The notes under the pieces are model-generated. The model was not told where the DNA came from. It saw nothing but the letters and a program-made list of their open reading frames with translations, and made no database searches. Below are positions 14,375-26,324 of a stretch of 64,000 bases of DNA, piece by piece. Numbering within the stretch: the first letter of the stretch is position 1; every line of letters begins with the position of its first letter. The DNA is from Eledone cirrhosa (Eukaryota). A program made the position numbers and the translations under genes. The stretch lies in NCBI GenBank assembly GCA_964016885.1, contig OZ024740.1, positions 197,966,001 to 198,030,000 of the forward strand, written 5' to 3'.

Positions 14375-16691
14375 TGTAATGTTACCACGAGGAACCACCG
14401 CTGGTAGAAAGATATGACAGGAATATCGACAACGACTTTAGCTTATTTTTACATTCTTTATTAACCAAGGTCAAGAAGTGAATTAGGCTGGCATGCCAAG
14501 AGAAATGAAACAAATCAATTAAGATTACAAGAGAAAATACGGGCGACTGGCTGAAGGCGCTTGGCCAGGCTCGCAGGTAATGTTTTGTCGTTACATATTG
14601 TTTGTGCTTACGGAGCAAAAGAACAAGCGTGTTTTACCTTAGCATGGTCCAGCTGGAAGTGATAGCGTCCTCAAATTTTTGCGGGCTATTTCTCCCTCAG
14701 AACGCGTAGGGCTACATCCTCTTCTACTGGCGCTGATTGGCTGAGCTGAGCCAAATCACGCACAGAGAATGTATGTGAGCCCGCGGAATGTAGGTCACTA
14801 CATCACATCCGAGCAGATTTTTAGCCGAAAATCGTTAACGATGAAGCCGAGGACCCACAGATTATTGAATTATCAAGAACAAATGCTAAAAGAGCACATC
14901 AGTGAAAAAATAACTGAGCAGAAAGATGCATTTAAGAAAAAAAAATGAGGCGCGACGGGCCGTGTTGAGCTGCTGTCAAATGACTAGCTGTTTTGTAGTT
15001 TATACGTGACCACCAAAGGTCTACCAGAAAACAGATAAAGTCTGACATGGGCGAAGTTGCTGTTCTTGCACTAAATGTTAATAGTAAGTGTTGTACCAGT
15101 AGCTGTGAATGAAGCTATTATGGTAGTTTACCAGTGCTGGCAAGAAGATGATGGGTAGGCGAGAAAATGTTGGCCTCCCAGATGTATTGCCGAATGTGCT
15201 AGGGAGCCAGGAAAAAATGGCTGGTTGCTTTGATAAGAAAAAAAAAGCAAGTTGAATCTGTAGGTGGGTTGCAGTTCCATGTAATACAGCAAAGAAAATG
15301 TGTGCGTGCGGTCAATATACAATGATAGAGAGAAATGAATTTTCATATAATACAGTTTAAAAAAAATAAATGTCCAAAATAAATGCCTGAAAAAAAAAGG
15401 AAGAAAGAAAGAATTGTTTCTTTTCCTTTAACAAAAAGTTCGCTTCTTTTTTCTTTGGGATCGCTCTTACTAGGGAGCTAGTAGAGTTGTTGTTGTTGTT
15501 AAAGCAAAGTCACAATGAATCTTCTGTAGAGTAGAAGTTGAGCGTTGAAGAACCTAGCGTCACCAACATGGCAGCCACGTCTGACGCCATAATGGTGAGA
15601 AAACTAATATCTTAATTTCTCGAGTCCTTGTGGTAACGAGACAGAAGGTATGGTGGTTGCGTCGGTAAAGTTACAAGCCGTTCCCTGGTGTTTATTAATA
15701 GTTAGCCATGTGTTGCTGCTGATGGGTGGTACTTGGTGGTAGCCGTTTTGAAATTTCCTCGTGGCGTAAAATTCGAACAACAAAAACAATTATTCTCCAT
15801 GAAAATTATTCGGCAAGATGGCCGATTGAAAAATGCGCCTGTGATGAAGAAGCCGTCATGTGGCACGACACAGCCAATCAGACAGTTGGGATCGAAGAAG
15901 ACAAGCTGTACGCGGGAAAACAAAATTTTTGAGTCTCCATTTGTAATTTTAACAGAATGTTGAAATCAAAATTCTATATCCAGAGAAATCCTTTTTTTTT
16001 ATTTTTATTTTTTTTTTTGTGTTGTACTTTTGTATTTGTCTGTATGCGTGCTTCAACAAATGGAATATTATGAATTTTATGGACTTACGTTAAGTGAGTC
16101 TAGCTACCCGATTCGAACATTCCAAATGTTAAGCCATTCCACATTGCCGTTAAAACGAATAGCGAATTCAAATAGGCTGCGTTTTCATTCTTAATCGTCG
16201 AGGGTCGCAAATTTGGTTGAAGATGTTGTCACCAATTCGGTGGAGGTATATTTTAGAGAATTGTAATGTTACCACGAGGAACCATCGCTGGTAGAAAGAT
16301 ATGACAGGAATATCGACAACGACTTTAGCTTGTTTTTACATTCTTTATTAACCAAGGTCAAGAAGAGAATTAGGCTGGCATGCCAAGAGAAATGAAACAA
16401 ATCAATTAAGATTACAAGAGAAAATACGGGCGACTGGCTGAAGGCGCTTGGCCAGGCTCGCAGGTAATGTTTTGTCGTTACATATTGTTTGTGCTTACGG
16501 AGCAAAAGAACAAGCGTGTTTTACCTTAGCATGGTCCAGCTGGAAGTGATAGCGTCCTCACATCTTTGTGCGGGCTATTTCTCCCTCAGAAAGCGTAGGG
16601 CTACATCCTCTTCTACTGGCGCTGATTGGCTGAGCTGAGCCAAATCACGCACAGAGAATGTATGTTAGCCCGCGGAATGTAGGTCACTACA
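14375..16691 (-). mobile_element. LTR-retrotransposon-like non-autonomous element with two ~430-bp near-identical direct repeats
   Basis: Repeats 14375-14801 and 16262-16691 are bounded by TGT...ACA. They carry AATAAA and CCAATCAG on the minus strand, with a PBS-like TGGTGACAA nearby. No intact internal ORF and no TSD seen. Confidence 0.6.
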
Positions 16692-16711
16692 AACTACACA
16701 CACACACCTCT

Positions 16712-16800
<89 letters not shown>

Positions 16801-16929
16801 CGGGCAAGAAGGTAATACATACATCTAAAATGATTTGGATACAAATATCATAATATAATGGTTGCAGAACGAAAATACAGACAAATATAGTAATGTATGT
16901 ATCCCACACACTTTTTAATTCGTCGCATA

Positions 16930-16992
<63 letters not shown>

Positions 16993-17088
16993 TACACATA
17001 CTTTCACACCTCATTTCGCCAATTGCCGGATAACATCAAAACAAAACACACAGACACGCACATCACATACACACATGCACATACACAA

Positions 17089-17136
<48 letters not shown>

Positions 17137-17313
17137 CTATACTTTGTATGTATGTATGTATGTATGTATGTATGTATGTATGTATGTATGCATGTATGTA
17201 TGTAAGATCATTCCCCCTCTCTATAATTTAACTGCTTTACTCTCTCTGTCGCTCTTCACTCTCTATATGACAACACTGTTTTAATTTCCGTATCTCCCAT
17301 TCAATATATACAC

Positions 17314-17382
<69 letters not shown>

Positions 17383-17509
17383 GAGAAATATTAGGAAACT
17401 ACACACACACATCTACAGCGAGAGACAGAAAAACAGAGGGAGGGGAAAAAAGAGAGATAGGCCGTTAGACAGAGAGAGATTCAATTAAAGTGTTAGTTAT
17501 TCAGAGAGA

Positions 17510-17586
<77 letters not shown>

Positions 17587-17795
17587 CAAAGGACAATGTG
17601 ACATGGGAGGGTGTGTGGTATCTTTGCAGTGGAGTGGTAGGGCAGGTATATTATGTCGGTCGCCATCCGGACGGGCCAGATAGTATATATATATATATTT
17701 GGCCGCCTGTCATTTCACTTTATAATATATATATATATATATGAATTCGTTAGCTTGGCCGCAAACTAAAGCTTCGTTAATGCTGTACTAAAATT

Positions 17796-17851
<56 letters not shown>

Positions 17852-17879
17852 ATAAAGTGAAATGACAGGAGGCCAAATA

Positions 17880-17959
<80 letters not shown>

Positions 17960-19046
17960 CCATACAGTTTCATACTCTTGGAATTTACAAAACAAATTTG
18001 ATTTGATTCCAGCATCGTGATTTCTAGAAAGGCGACGGAAAGCAGAATAGAGATAGAAGTGAATACGTATTTGTTGATTTTTTTCATTTATTTACGACAC
18101 GCTCAGGGAAGACATTTCTTTTTTTAACTTCTAATAATTATCTTATCAATATTACTTCTGGTTTTCTCTCTTCTCTTACCATTTTATTACATTTACAACG
18201 ACCTTGCCAACGGGTCTCATACTTTCTTCTTTCCCTTCTCTCATTCTTCTGTCTTGTGACCTTTAACTATCTACCACTTCTCTCTCTACCTGCTCATCTT
18301 TATTGCAACATCCTCCACAGAGCGTTCTCTCTTTTGTTCTCCGATAAACTGTTCTATATTTTCATGTCCGGTTTAATCATTCTCACACCAACGTCTACCA
18401 TTGTTTTTCTATATATTGCCAATCTGTTCAATGCCGACACAAACAAGGGGAAACCAAACACAAACTCTACTAAATATTCTAGCTAATCTATAGAAATACC
18501 TCTTTCTTTCAATTCAATACCTTGTTCTTCACATTTTTTTGAAATGTTTTCAAATGTTTTGAAATGTTAGATGATGTTTCAGATCGCATTTAATTTATTT
18601 CTCAGCCTCCTATCAAGGTGACAAAAGCAAAGTAAATTGAAACTACATGAATATGTATTTCCAAAGTTTATTGAAAATGTGTACGATGCCAAACAATAGG
18701 AAAACAAATGTCTATCATATTAAAGCTAGAGTAGATTTCGTGTAAAACGTCGGCCACACTGGAAGGGGTTTGGTAGAAGTGTGTCTCAGATAGATAGATG
18801 GAGAAAGCGAGAGGGCGAGAATTAGAGAGGTTGAGATTCTGAGAAAGTGAGAAGGCGAAAATAGAGAAAAATAGAGAGAAGGCGAGAGAAAAAGAAAGAG
18901 AGAGGGAGAGAGAGAATGCGAGAGAAAGAGAAAAAAGAGAGAAAATGCGAGAGAAAGGGAAAGAAAAAAAGAGAGAAGGCGAGAGAGAAGGCGAGAGAGA
19001 GAGAAAGAGAGAGAGAGAAGGAGAGAGACAGAGAGAGAGAGAGAGT

Positions 19047-19091
<45 letters not shown>

Positions 19092-19195
19092 GGGTGGTGG
19101 TGATAGAAAGAGAAAGAGAAAGAGAAAGAGAAAGAGGGAGAGTGAGTGGTGATGGTAACAGGAATATCGTAAACATTATTTTAATCCCTCGCAAA

Positions 19196-19385
19196 GGCGG
19201 TGGATTGGCAGTATCGGTAGAGGGTCGGACGCTATGCTTTGACGTATAGAGTGAGATGGCCCTTGCCATTCTGAGTTCAAATCCCGCCGAGGTTAACTTT
19301 GCCTTTCATCCTTACGGGGTCGTTAAAATAAAGTACCAGTAATGCTCTGGATAATTTCTGGCCTTGTGCCAAAAGTAGAAACAAT
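19196..19385 (+). mobile_element. tRNA-derived SINE with Meta/MESC-like central domain
   Basis: A/B-box head and gcctttcatccttacggggtcgttaaaataaagtaccag core. Flanked by a TSD-like attattttaat(c/g)cctcgc. Confidence 0.85.
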
Positions 19386-19535
19386 TATTTTAATGCCTCG
19401 CTGCAATAAATGATTGTGGAAAGGGGATAATAAGGTTATGTAAGAGAGAGGGACATACACATTCACGCGCACACACACATACATATATATATATGGAGAT
19501 AGAGAGAGAAAGAGAGAACTTTTAAAAGAAATAAT

Positions 19536-19723
19536 TGTTTCTACTTTTGGTAGAAGGCCAGCAATTATCTCAGTGTATTACTGGTACTTTATCTTATCGA
19601 CTCCGCAAGGATGAAAGGCAAAGTTAACCTCCGCGGGATTTGAACTCAGACCCTAAAGGGGCATAACTCTATGCTGGAAAGCATGCCGTCTGAGCCTCTA
19701 CCGATACTGCCAATTCACCGCCA
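19536..19723 (-). mobile_element. tRNA-derived SINE (same family)
   Basis: Reverse-complement copy with TSD-like aaagaaataat on both sides. Confidence 0.85.
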
Positions 19724-19926
19724 GTTTGAAAGAAATAATCTTTATACTCAAGTTATGGCTATGATATTCTAGTTTGGTCATCTTTTTAATAATTTGTAAA
19801 ATTTCTACCATCAACTTTGCCCTATTGTTATATCTATAATTAAGAAATATATTTAATATAATATTGGTATCTATCTATATAAGTTTATGCAGTCTAAATT
19901 TATATGTATAAAGAGAGTAGCGCCCG

Positions 19927-20379
19927 AAACCCCAGATTAACATTTGCCTCCATCATGGATCAACTAAGCACTCTTGCCATAATAACACATTTTGAACTGC
20001 TTATCCTCAAGAATATATTTATTAATTAACAATGGCATTTATTTATTTATTTATTTATATATTTAATAATTGTTTATTACCGGTTTCAGCATTTTATGCA
20101 TTATCAAAGGGGGAATTTGTATTGGTGTAAAATGTTGGTGATGTTGAACATGTTAAGGAAATGGTGAAGAAAGAATAATGTTATTTACAAACAAGATTTT
20201 TGAAGTGAAAAGAAAAAAGAAAAGAAAAGGGGGTAATGTGGAACATGATAAGGTAATGGGAAACAAAAAATAATATTATTTACTGGCATAGTTCTTGAGG
20301 ATAAGCAGTTCAAAATGTGTTATTATGGCAAGAGTGCTTAGTTGATCCATGAGGGAGGCAAATGGTAATCTGGGGTTTG
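19927..20379. repeat. ~87-bp inverted repeat pair (19927-20014 / 20292-20379) with a degenerate hammerhead-like motif between the arms
   Basis: ggatcaactaagcactcttgccataataacacattttgaactgcttatcctcaagaa and its reverse complement. The minus strand at ~20075-20107 reads TGATAA-tgcataaaatgct-GAAA-ccgg-TA. Confidence 0.6.
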
Positions 20380-20519
20380 ATATGATTTCCATTTTTAGAG
20401 AGTTAATAAGCAGGGGGAGGTAATTCAGGGTGGTCAGGTAGGGGAGAGAGAAATGAGAGGGGGTAATTCATTTATATCATTCATTTATATCATTAATATC
20501 TTAACACTTTACACAAAGT

Positions 20520-22595
20520 AAAATATTTTGTTTTAAACATTTTCTAACCCTGAAAAATAAATAGCTCAATGTAATAACATCAGTTGTTCTACAGAGCAGT
20601 TATATAGAATTCACAAGAATCAAAGCTATGTTCAAAACATTTATTCACTTACAATTGTTTCATCCAAACCTAGGCTTGGAATCTTCGGATCATTTTTCAA
20701 TGTTTGTACATATAATTGACCTCCTATCCAACGCAAGAGACATACAGATACATATATATATTGATGTACAGTGGAGTGACATATATTATACTATACTATC
20801 TTTGTACAGCAATTCAAATTCAAAATCAAAATCAAAATCAAAATCAAAATTAAAATACCTTCGGCATATAACACAGATAATGCAAGAAGATAGTTTGATA
20901 GTCCGATCTAGTAGGTAGTGTATGCGTTAGTTACACATGGAGAATGCAAGTGTGTCTCATTTATATACGATTATTGTGTGGCAAGGTGTTACATGTAATG
21001 CAAGCACTTTAAGCGGGTAAGCAAGAGTATTATGGTGGTTGTAGTGGTAGGGTATTTTTTGTATAGATAAAAAAAGTATGTGTGCAGAGAAAGAAAAAGA
21101 CGAAGAAAAAGAAAAAGAAAGTTATAGTTTTCGTATCCACCACCATTTTCACATTCAGAAAAAGGAAGACATAATTATTACATCCATCACATAAGTTACG
21201 ATGATTCCGTATTGAATGTTTGATGCATTCAATTATTGTAGCGTATTGAGGCTCAGTGTTATTTAATCCAGATTTAGAGAAAAGGTTCTTTCTGCTGCGA
21301 GAATCCACAGTGGTTTATTACCCGGAAGTAGGTGTGTAATTAAGGGGAGTTAATGCGTAAGGGGTGGTAACTAGCTGATTCTCATAACTAAATTCATTGT
21401 TCTAACATACATTATATGGTGCCTCAATTGAGTCCCTTATATCAAATGTTATATCTTTATATCTAATTTTCAATTTAAATACAGTCTACTCTATCATAAT
21501 GTATTAAAGGTATCTATAGGAAGTTTATTACTCCTTATTATATAGTGCTATAATTGAGCCTTCCATATAAAGTGCCATACCTTTATATCAAAGTTCACTG
21601 TAAATACAGTCTCAAAACATATCAAAGGACCAATTATAATTTTGTCTACATAACCCCTGGTAAGTTATGGAGCAGCGTATGGCTGTTTGCATGACAAAAC
21701 CAAATACATCTCTAGGGCAGACAAATGCATCCCTCATTTACAATGTCATTAATCCATCCATCAAGTTATACTTGCATATATAATTCATATATAATTCATA
21801 GCATCACCCTACATATAAGTTAGACAGATCCCTTATGTTAATAAATTAATCCTATATATATCTAATGTTATTACTCCATACATTTAATTACAATTGCATA
21901 TATAATTTACTGCCGTATCTAGTATTTAAAGTTTATATAGACTGTATTATATCACCATATAATTATAAGTAATTGAAAGTAATTATATTAAAAGTTGGTG
22001 TTTATGGGGATATTTCTAGGGTATAAAGTTATAGATAGATGGAATGATTTGTGTCGAGGGAGGGTGGATCAGAGAGTGTGGTGTTGTGGTGTAAGGCATG
22101 TCCTTGAGGTCTGGTGTTAGATGCGGTGATGGGTTCAAGTCTGACATTGTTATATATTGGGTCTAAAGTTTTGGAAGGAGTGCCGAAAGCGGTGCTGGCA
22201 CGACGCAAACATCTCCGATTTTTTATTAAGGAGGTTAAGGTTCGAGAAGATTATATTATGGGTCTCTAGTAGACAGAGGTTACATAATCTATTAGGTGGC
22301 CTGTACGATGCCGCCTTACCTATCACTTCCCATTGAAGTGTATAAGATCTATTTCTAGTTTTCAGATGGTGTATGTAGCTAGATAGTGAAGTGGAGTTGG
22401 CTAGACTGTGTTTTTTGAAAGAATGGAGATGTGAATTGGATCTGGTTTTGAAGCAGTTCGAAGTAGAGCCTACATATGTTTCAGAAGAGTTGCTAGTTCT
22501 AACGGTGAATGAGTAGATGATGTCCTTGATTAAGCAGTTTTTATCTAAAGGGCTAGTTCTATTAGATCTACAGTTACAATTATTTTGGATGTTAA
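20520..22595 (-). mobile_element. 5'-truncated Penelope-like element (GIY-YIG fragment, long 3' region, hammerhead-bearing terminal repeat)
   Basis: The minus strand at ~22590-22260 translates to CNCRSNRTSPLDKNCLIKDIIYSFTV...TYVGSTSNCFKTR..H..SF...LSSYIHHLK...WEVIG..CNLCL. The terminal repeat 20606-21060 has a second copy at 61150-61618. Continuity across 21060-22250 is inferred. Confidence 0.6.
20645..20693 (-). ncRNA. Hammerhead ribozyme variant (core CCGAAGA)
   Basis: Reverse complement reads atgat-CCGAAGA-ttccaagc ctag gtttggat-GAAA-caattg-TA-agtg. Confidence 0.5.
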
Positions 22596-22604
22596 CCTTT
22601 GGAT

Positions 22605-23405
22605 GAATAGGATTATGGACAGCTAGAAATAGCAGCCAAGTCCATTCAACTGAGTTAGCTATACAATTAAGGCTCCTTTGGTGACCATCCAGGATTTGAC
22701 TACTGTGATTTATTGATTAATTGGTGAAATATATTTTTTACTTAAAGAAATATTTACAAAGGAGATTAATCATTTAAAAAGGTAACTATATTTGAAGTTC
22801 TAGTTAAACTTTAATTGGGTTACCTACCTAGCTATGTGTGCTTACATTCTTTACAAATTATTCCTTGTAATTGTTCCATATGTTTCTTTTATATATATAT
22901 ATATATATGTCAATATATTTCAAGTTGATATGAAATGCTCGGATCTATTCATTGTAATCTTTGAGCTTATTCTACAGTGGATATGGCGCATGTCTCTCAG
23001 ACATGACAACCCTAAATTTAATTTTGGATATATATACGGCCCCGTAATTGTAGAGCTAACTCAGTTGGGCTGCTATTTCTAGCTGTCGATAATCCTATTC
23101 ACGCCACTGGGATAACGCTGTGCGATGTGTGTATTTTTTAAAAATGCAGCACGCGGTTCGAGTCATTCAGAGATTTGCATTTGCTTTGTAAACGCAGATA
23201 ATTATTTTCTTCTCCTTTGGTGACCATCCAGGATTTGACTACTGTGATTTACTGATTAATTGGTGAAATATATTTTTTACTTCAAGAAATATATACAAAG
23301 GAGATTAATCATTTTAAAAGGTATCTATATTTGAAGTTCTAGTTAAACTTTAATTGGTTACCTACCTAGCTATGTGTGCTTACATTCTTTACAAATTATT
23401 CCCTG
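22605..23405. repeat. Rearranged cluster of a small repeat family (direct copies 22675-23035 and 23215-23403; inverted repeat 22605-22670 / 23045-23100)
   Basis: catccaggatttgactactgtg...gaagttctagttaaacttta...gctatgtgtgcttaca occurs twice here and again at 34588-35190. Confidence 0.65.
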
Positions 23406-24894
23406 TGAGGGCCTTTCGCTATGAGCTTAAGGTAGCGACTATAGTCACACACCTAACCTCTGCAAAAATAAGGCACATAACCGATGATCGTTTCTCCCTT
23501 TGTTTTTGCTGGGTATGTAACTATAAATATAACTCAAAATGTTTTGAAATAAACATACAGTATATTATTAAATATACAATACGTATATATGTATATATGA
23601 ATGAAAAATAGAGCAAAAAACAGGACTGTCCATCATCAGTGTTCTTCTGACTATGATCGGTATTTCTTCGCATTAAAGATCAGATACCTCAGAGTCAGTG
23701 CGAGCAATAACTAAAATAAGTTATTGCGACAAAAAGAAATGGGTGGAGAAAGAGAGACATGTAAACAAACAAATTGGTGATGCACCGTAAAGAGAGGAAA
23801 TGAGAAACAAGTCAATGATACGTGTGAACTTAAGTTCTAGCAAATCAATGACGAGAAGAAGGAGTAGGACGCGTCCAAACCCTGCGAAATGTGAGCAAGA
23901 AAAGGATTTCACACAGGTCAGACGGGAGGAAGTGAGAGAGGGGGAGTAGCAGAGAGTGAGTGAGTGAAGGTGTGAGGAAGAGGTCAGCAAAGAGAATGTG
24001 ACCAGCAGAGGAGGTGAATTAAAGTAAGAGGTACAAGGAGGGAGAAGGGGGAGAGAGAAAAAGGATAGCAGTAAGGTGATAGAAGAAGACGAGTCAGAGC
24101 GAGGGGAAAAATATAGGTACGAAAAATGGCTTGCTGCGTTGTTGCGAATGTGATACATATGAATGAAAAATAGAGCAAGAAACAGGACTGTCCATCATCA
24201 GTGATCTTCTGACTATCATTGGTATTTCTTCGCATTATATACATCTATAAGTTACTCAAGGGTTTCCTGTTTATGTTTACTTGGTCATCTAGAACACTAT
24301 AATGACCCGGTATTCATAAGGTGGAAAGTTGACTGACTCGACTTTAATATAAGTATTAACTATGTTTGTGTCCATCAATACTAAACTGATACTCTGACAA
24401 TATTTTTCTGGAATGTTTTTAGAGACGTTCCTCAGGAAGAGAGGATTGCTTATACATCTTCACTTTATTTTCTGTGCGTCGCTGGTCATCACGAAGTCTT
24501 CGTTGGTTTTCAGAAGCATTCGAAACTTTAAAGGTTTTACGAATTGCAGCTGGGTCTTGAATATTGGAATTGAGTTCTACTTGGTTCAGAGTTCATCCTC
24601 GAAACATCGCCTGGGGACACTACGAGATCTTTTTCCAAAGAGGATAGACCGCGGCAAGGTAGTAAGGTCCATTCTGGAAGTATGTTCTATCCAGTGAAGT
24701 CGATGACGTAGTATCGTAGTCTCAATGTGGAAGAGAGAAGTTCTGATCTTTCTCGTTAATTTGGAGTATGCGTCAGTTTTGTTTGCTGCAATCTTTTTAA
24801 AGTCTTAAATTGTAATCAACAGCAATCATCTATGTTTACTTTCTGGGACTTACAAAAGTACCAAGACCACCAACCAGCTTGAGATACCGTATCC

Positions 24895-25190
24895 CGTTTA
24901 GGTTTCACTGAAGTATTTGAGTCTTTTGTTCGCTTCTTACATGATGGCATACGTGGGAAGGTCTATTATCAAAGTATCTTATTAGATCCTTCCCCTTCTA
25001 CTGGGGGTTTGATAGAAAGTTATGTATTGGCACCAACACTATTTACTTTATATCTCGCTGCTACGATAACCGAGTTACCACTTGAGACCCCAGGTGTGGA
25101 CGTCACCGAAACATTATATGGTGGATTGTTCAAGCTCTCTCGTTTCTGCTCCAAAGCAAAATATACAGTCAACAGCGTGTCGAAGCTAAT
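24895..25190 (+). mobile_element. Highly degenerate RTE-like RT fragment
   Basis: YVLAPTLFTLYLAA...PGVDV...GGLFKLSRFCSKAK resembles the RTE-BovB region after the QG motif. Confidence 0.55.
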
Positions 25191-26119
25191 AAGTAGATTA
25201 CACTGCAATAGTAACAAACGTGAAGTGTGTGATCTAATAATATGGAGAGGAAAGTGCAATACATTTCTATTGGAACTTTAAAGGTTTTACAATTTGCAGC
25301 TGGGTCTTGGTGCTACAGCACAGTTCAGACGTGGCTATTACTAATAGTCCACGTTTTCCTCTCTGTACGTCAAGTGTGTATCAAGTCCTCTGTGTTTAGT
25401 GTTTGTCTCCAATGGTCTAAATAACCACCTTCAGCACACATTGTTCGACATAAATAACGAACATTTAATTACATTTTGTCCTCGCCGTGTAATTTCAGGT
25501 AAGATCTCGTTCTTTTTAGTCATGTAAAATATTTTAGAAGAGTAGTTACCAATCTCGTTAAAACAGCTAGATGTCAAGGACGGCATATAATAAAGAAGCA
25601 GCAAGCTATCATTCGTAAATTTAATACTGTGTTTACTAATCCGTTGAAATAATATTTCCCAATGAAAATAGGAAGATGTGTTTGTTTAATGAACATTATT
25701 TTATTATCATTTTGATATTTGCCACAGCCATCATAGCCTTTAGAGACATTGTTCAATGTCTCATGAGTTACATAAATAGATATGCGCATGCTACGTTTTT
25801 ACATAAAATACATCTACATATCAACGGACAATAATAAGCAATATATTCCACCTTATAACAAATTATGAACGAATTTGCAAACACTCATGTATGTATGTAT
25901 GTATGTATGTATGTATGTATGTATGTATGTATGTATGTATGTATGTATGTATGTATGACTTGTTCTTCTTTTTGGTAAATATCATCTTGGTTAAGAGAGT
26001 GGGACTGGCTTTGTGCAGTGCCTTTGCTCACTATAAAAGCTTCAGGGCACAGGCATTTTTTTATATCTGGAGATCTCTCTGCACTTGTCATCACATGGTA
26101 CCATGGGCCCAGCACTAAG

Positions 26120-26270
26120 TGTCAATATTTGTCACAAGTGTAGTGTTTGTACCAGAGTTTTCAAGTCGCTGGCTGGACTAAAAAGTCACACTCGTTCAGC
26201 GCATTGGTAGGGGTTCTCCTACATGGATATAAAGTAGTGGCCGTACTCGAAAACGAGTTGGCAGCCACCA
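26120..26270 (+). mobile_element. 3' end of an RTE-like LINE with a (TGTA)n tail
   Basis: Encodes CSVCTRVFKSLAGLKSHTRS (C2H2-like end of RTE ORFs), then gcagccacca+(TGTA)n. Confidence 0.55.
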
Positions 26271-26324
26271 TGTATGTATGTATGTATGTATGTATGTATG
26301 TATGTATGTATGTATGTATGTGTG

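Noticed and set aside
23596-24240. 80-bp direct repeats containing CTGATGA on the minus strand
   Set aside because: The hairpin is followed by GTTT rather than GAAA, and no LTR or ribozyme features can be supported.
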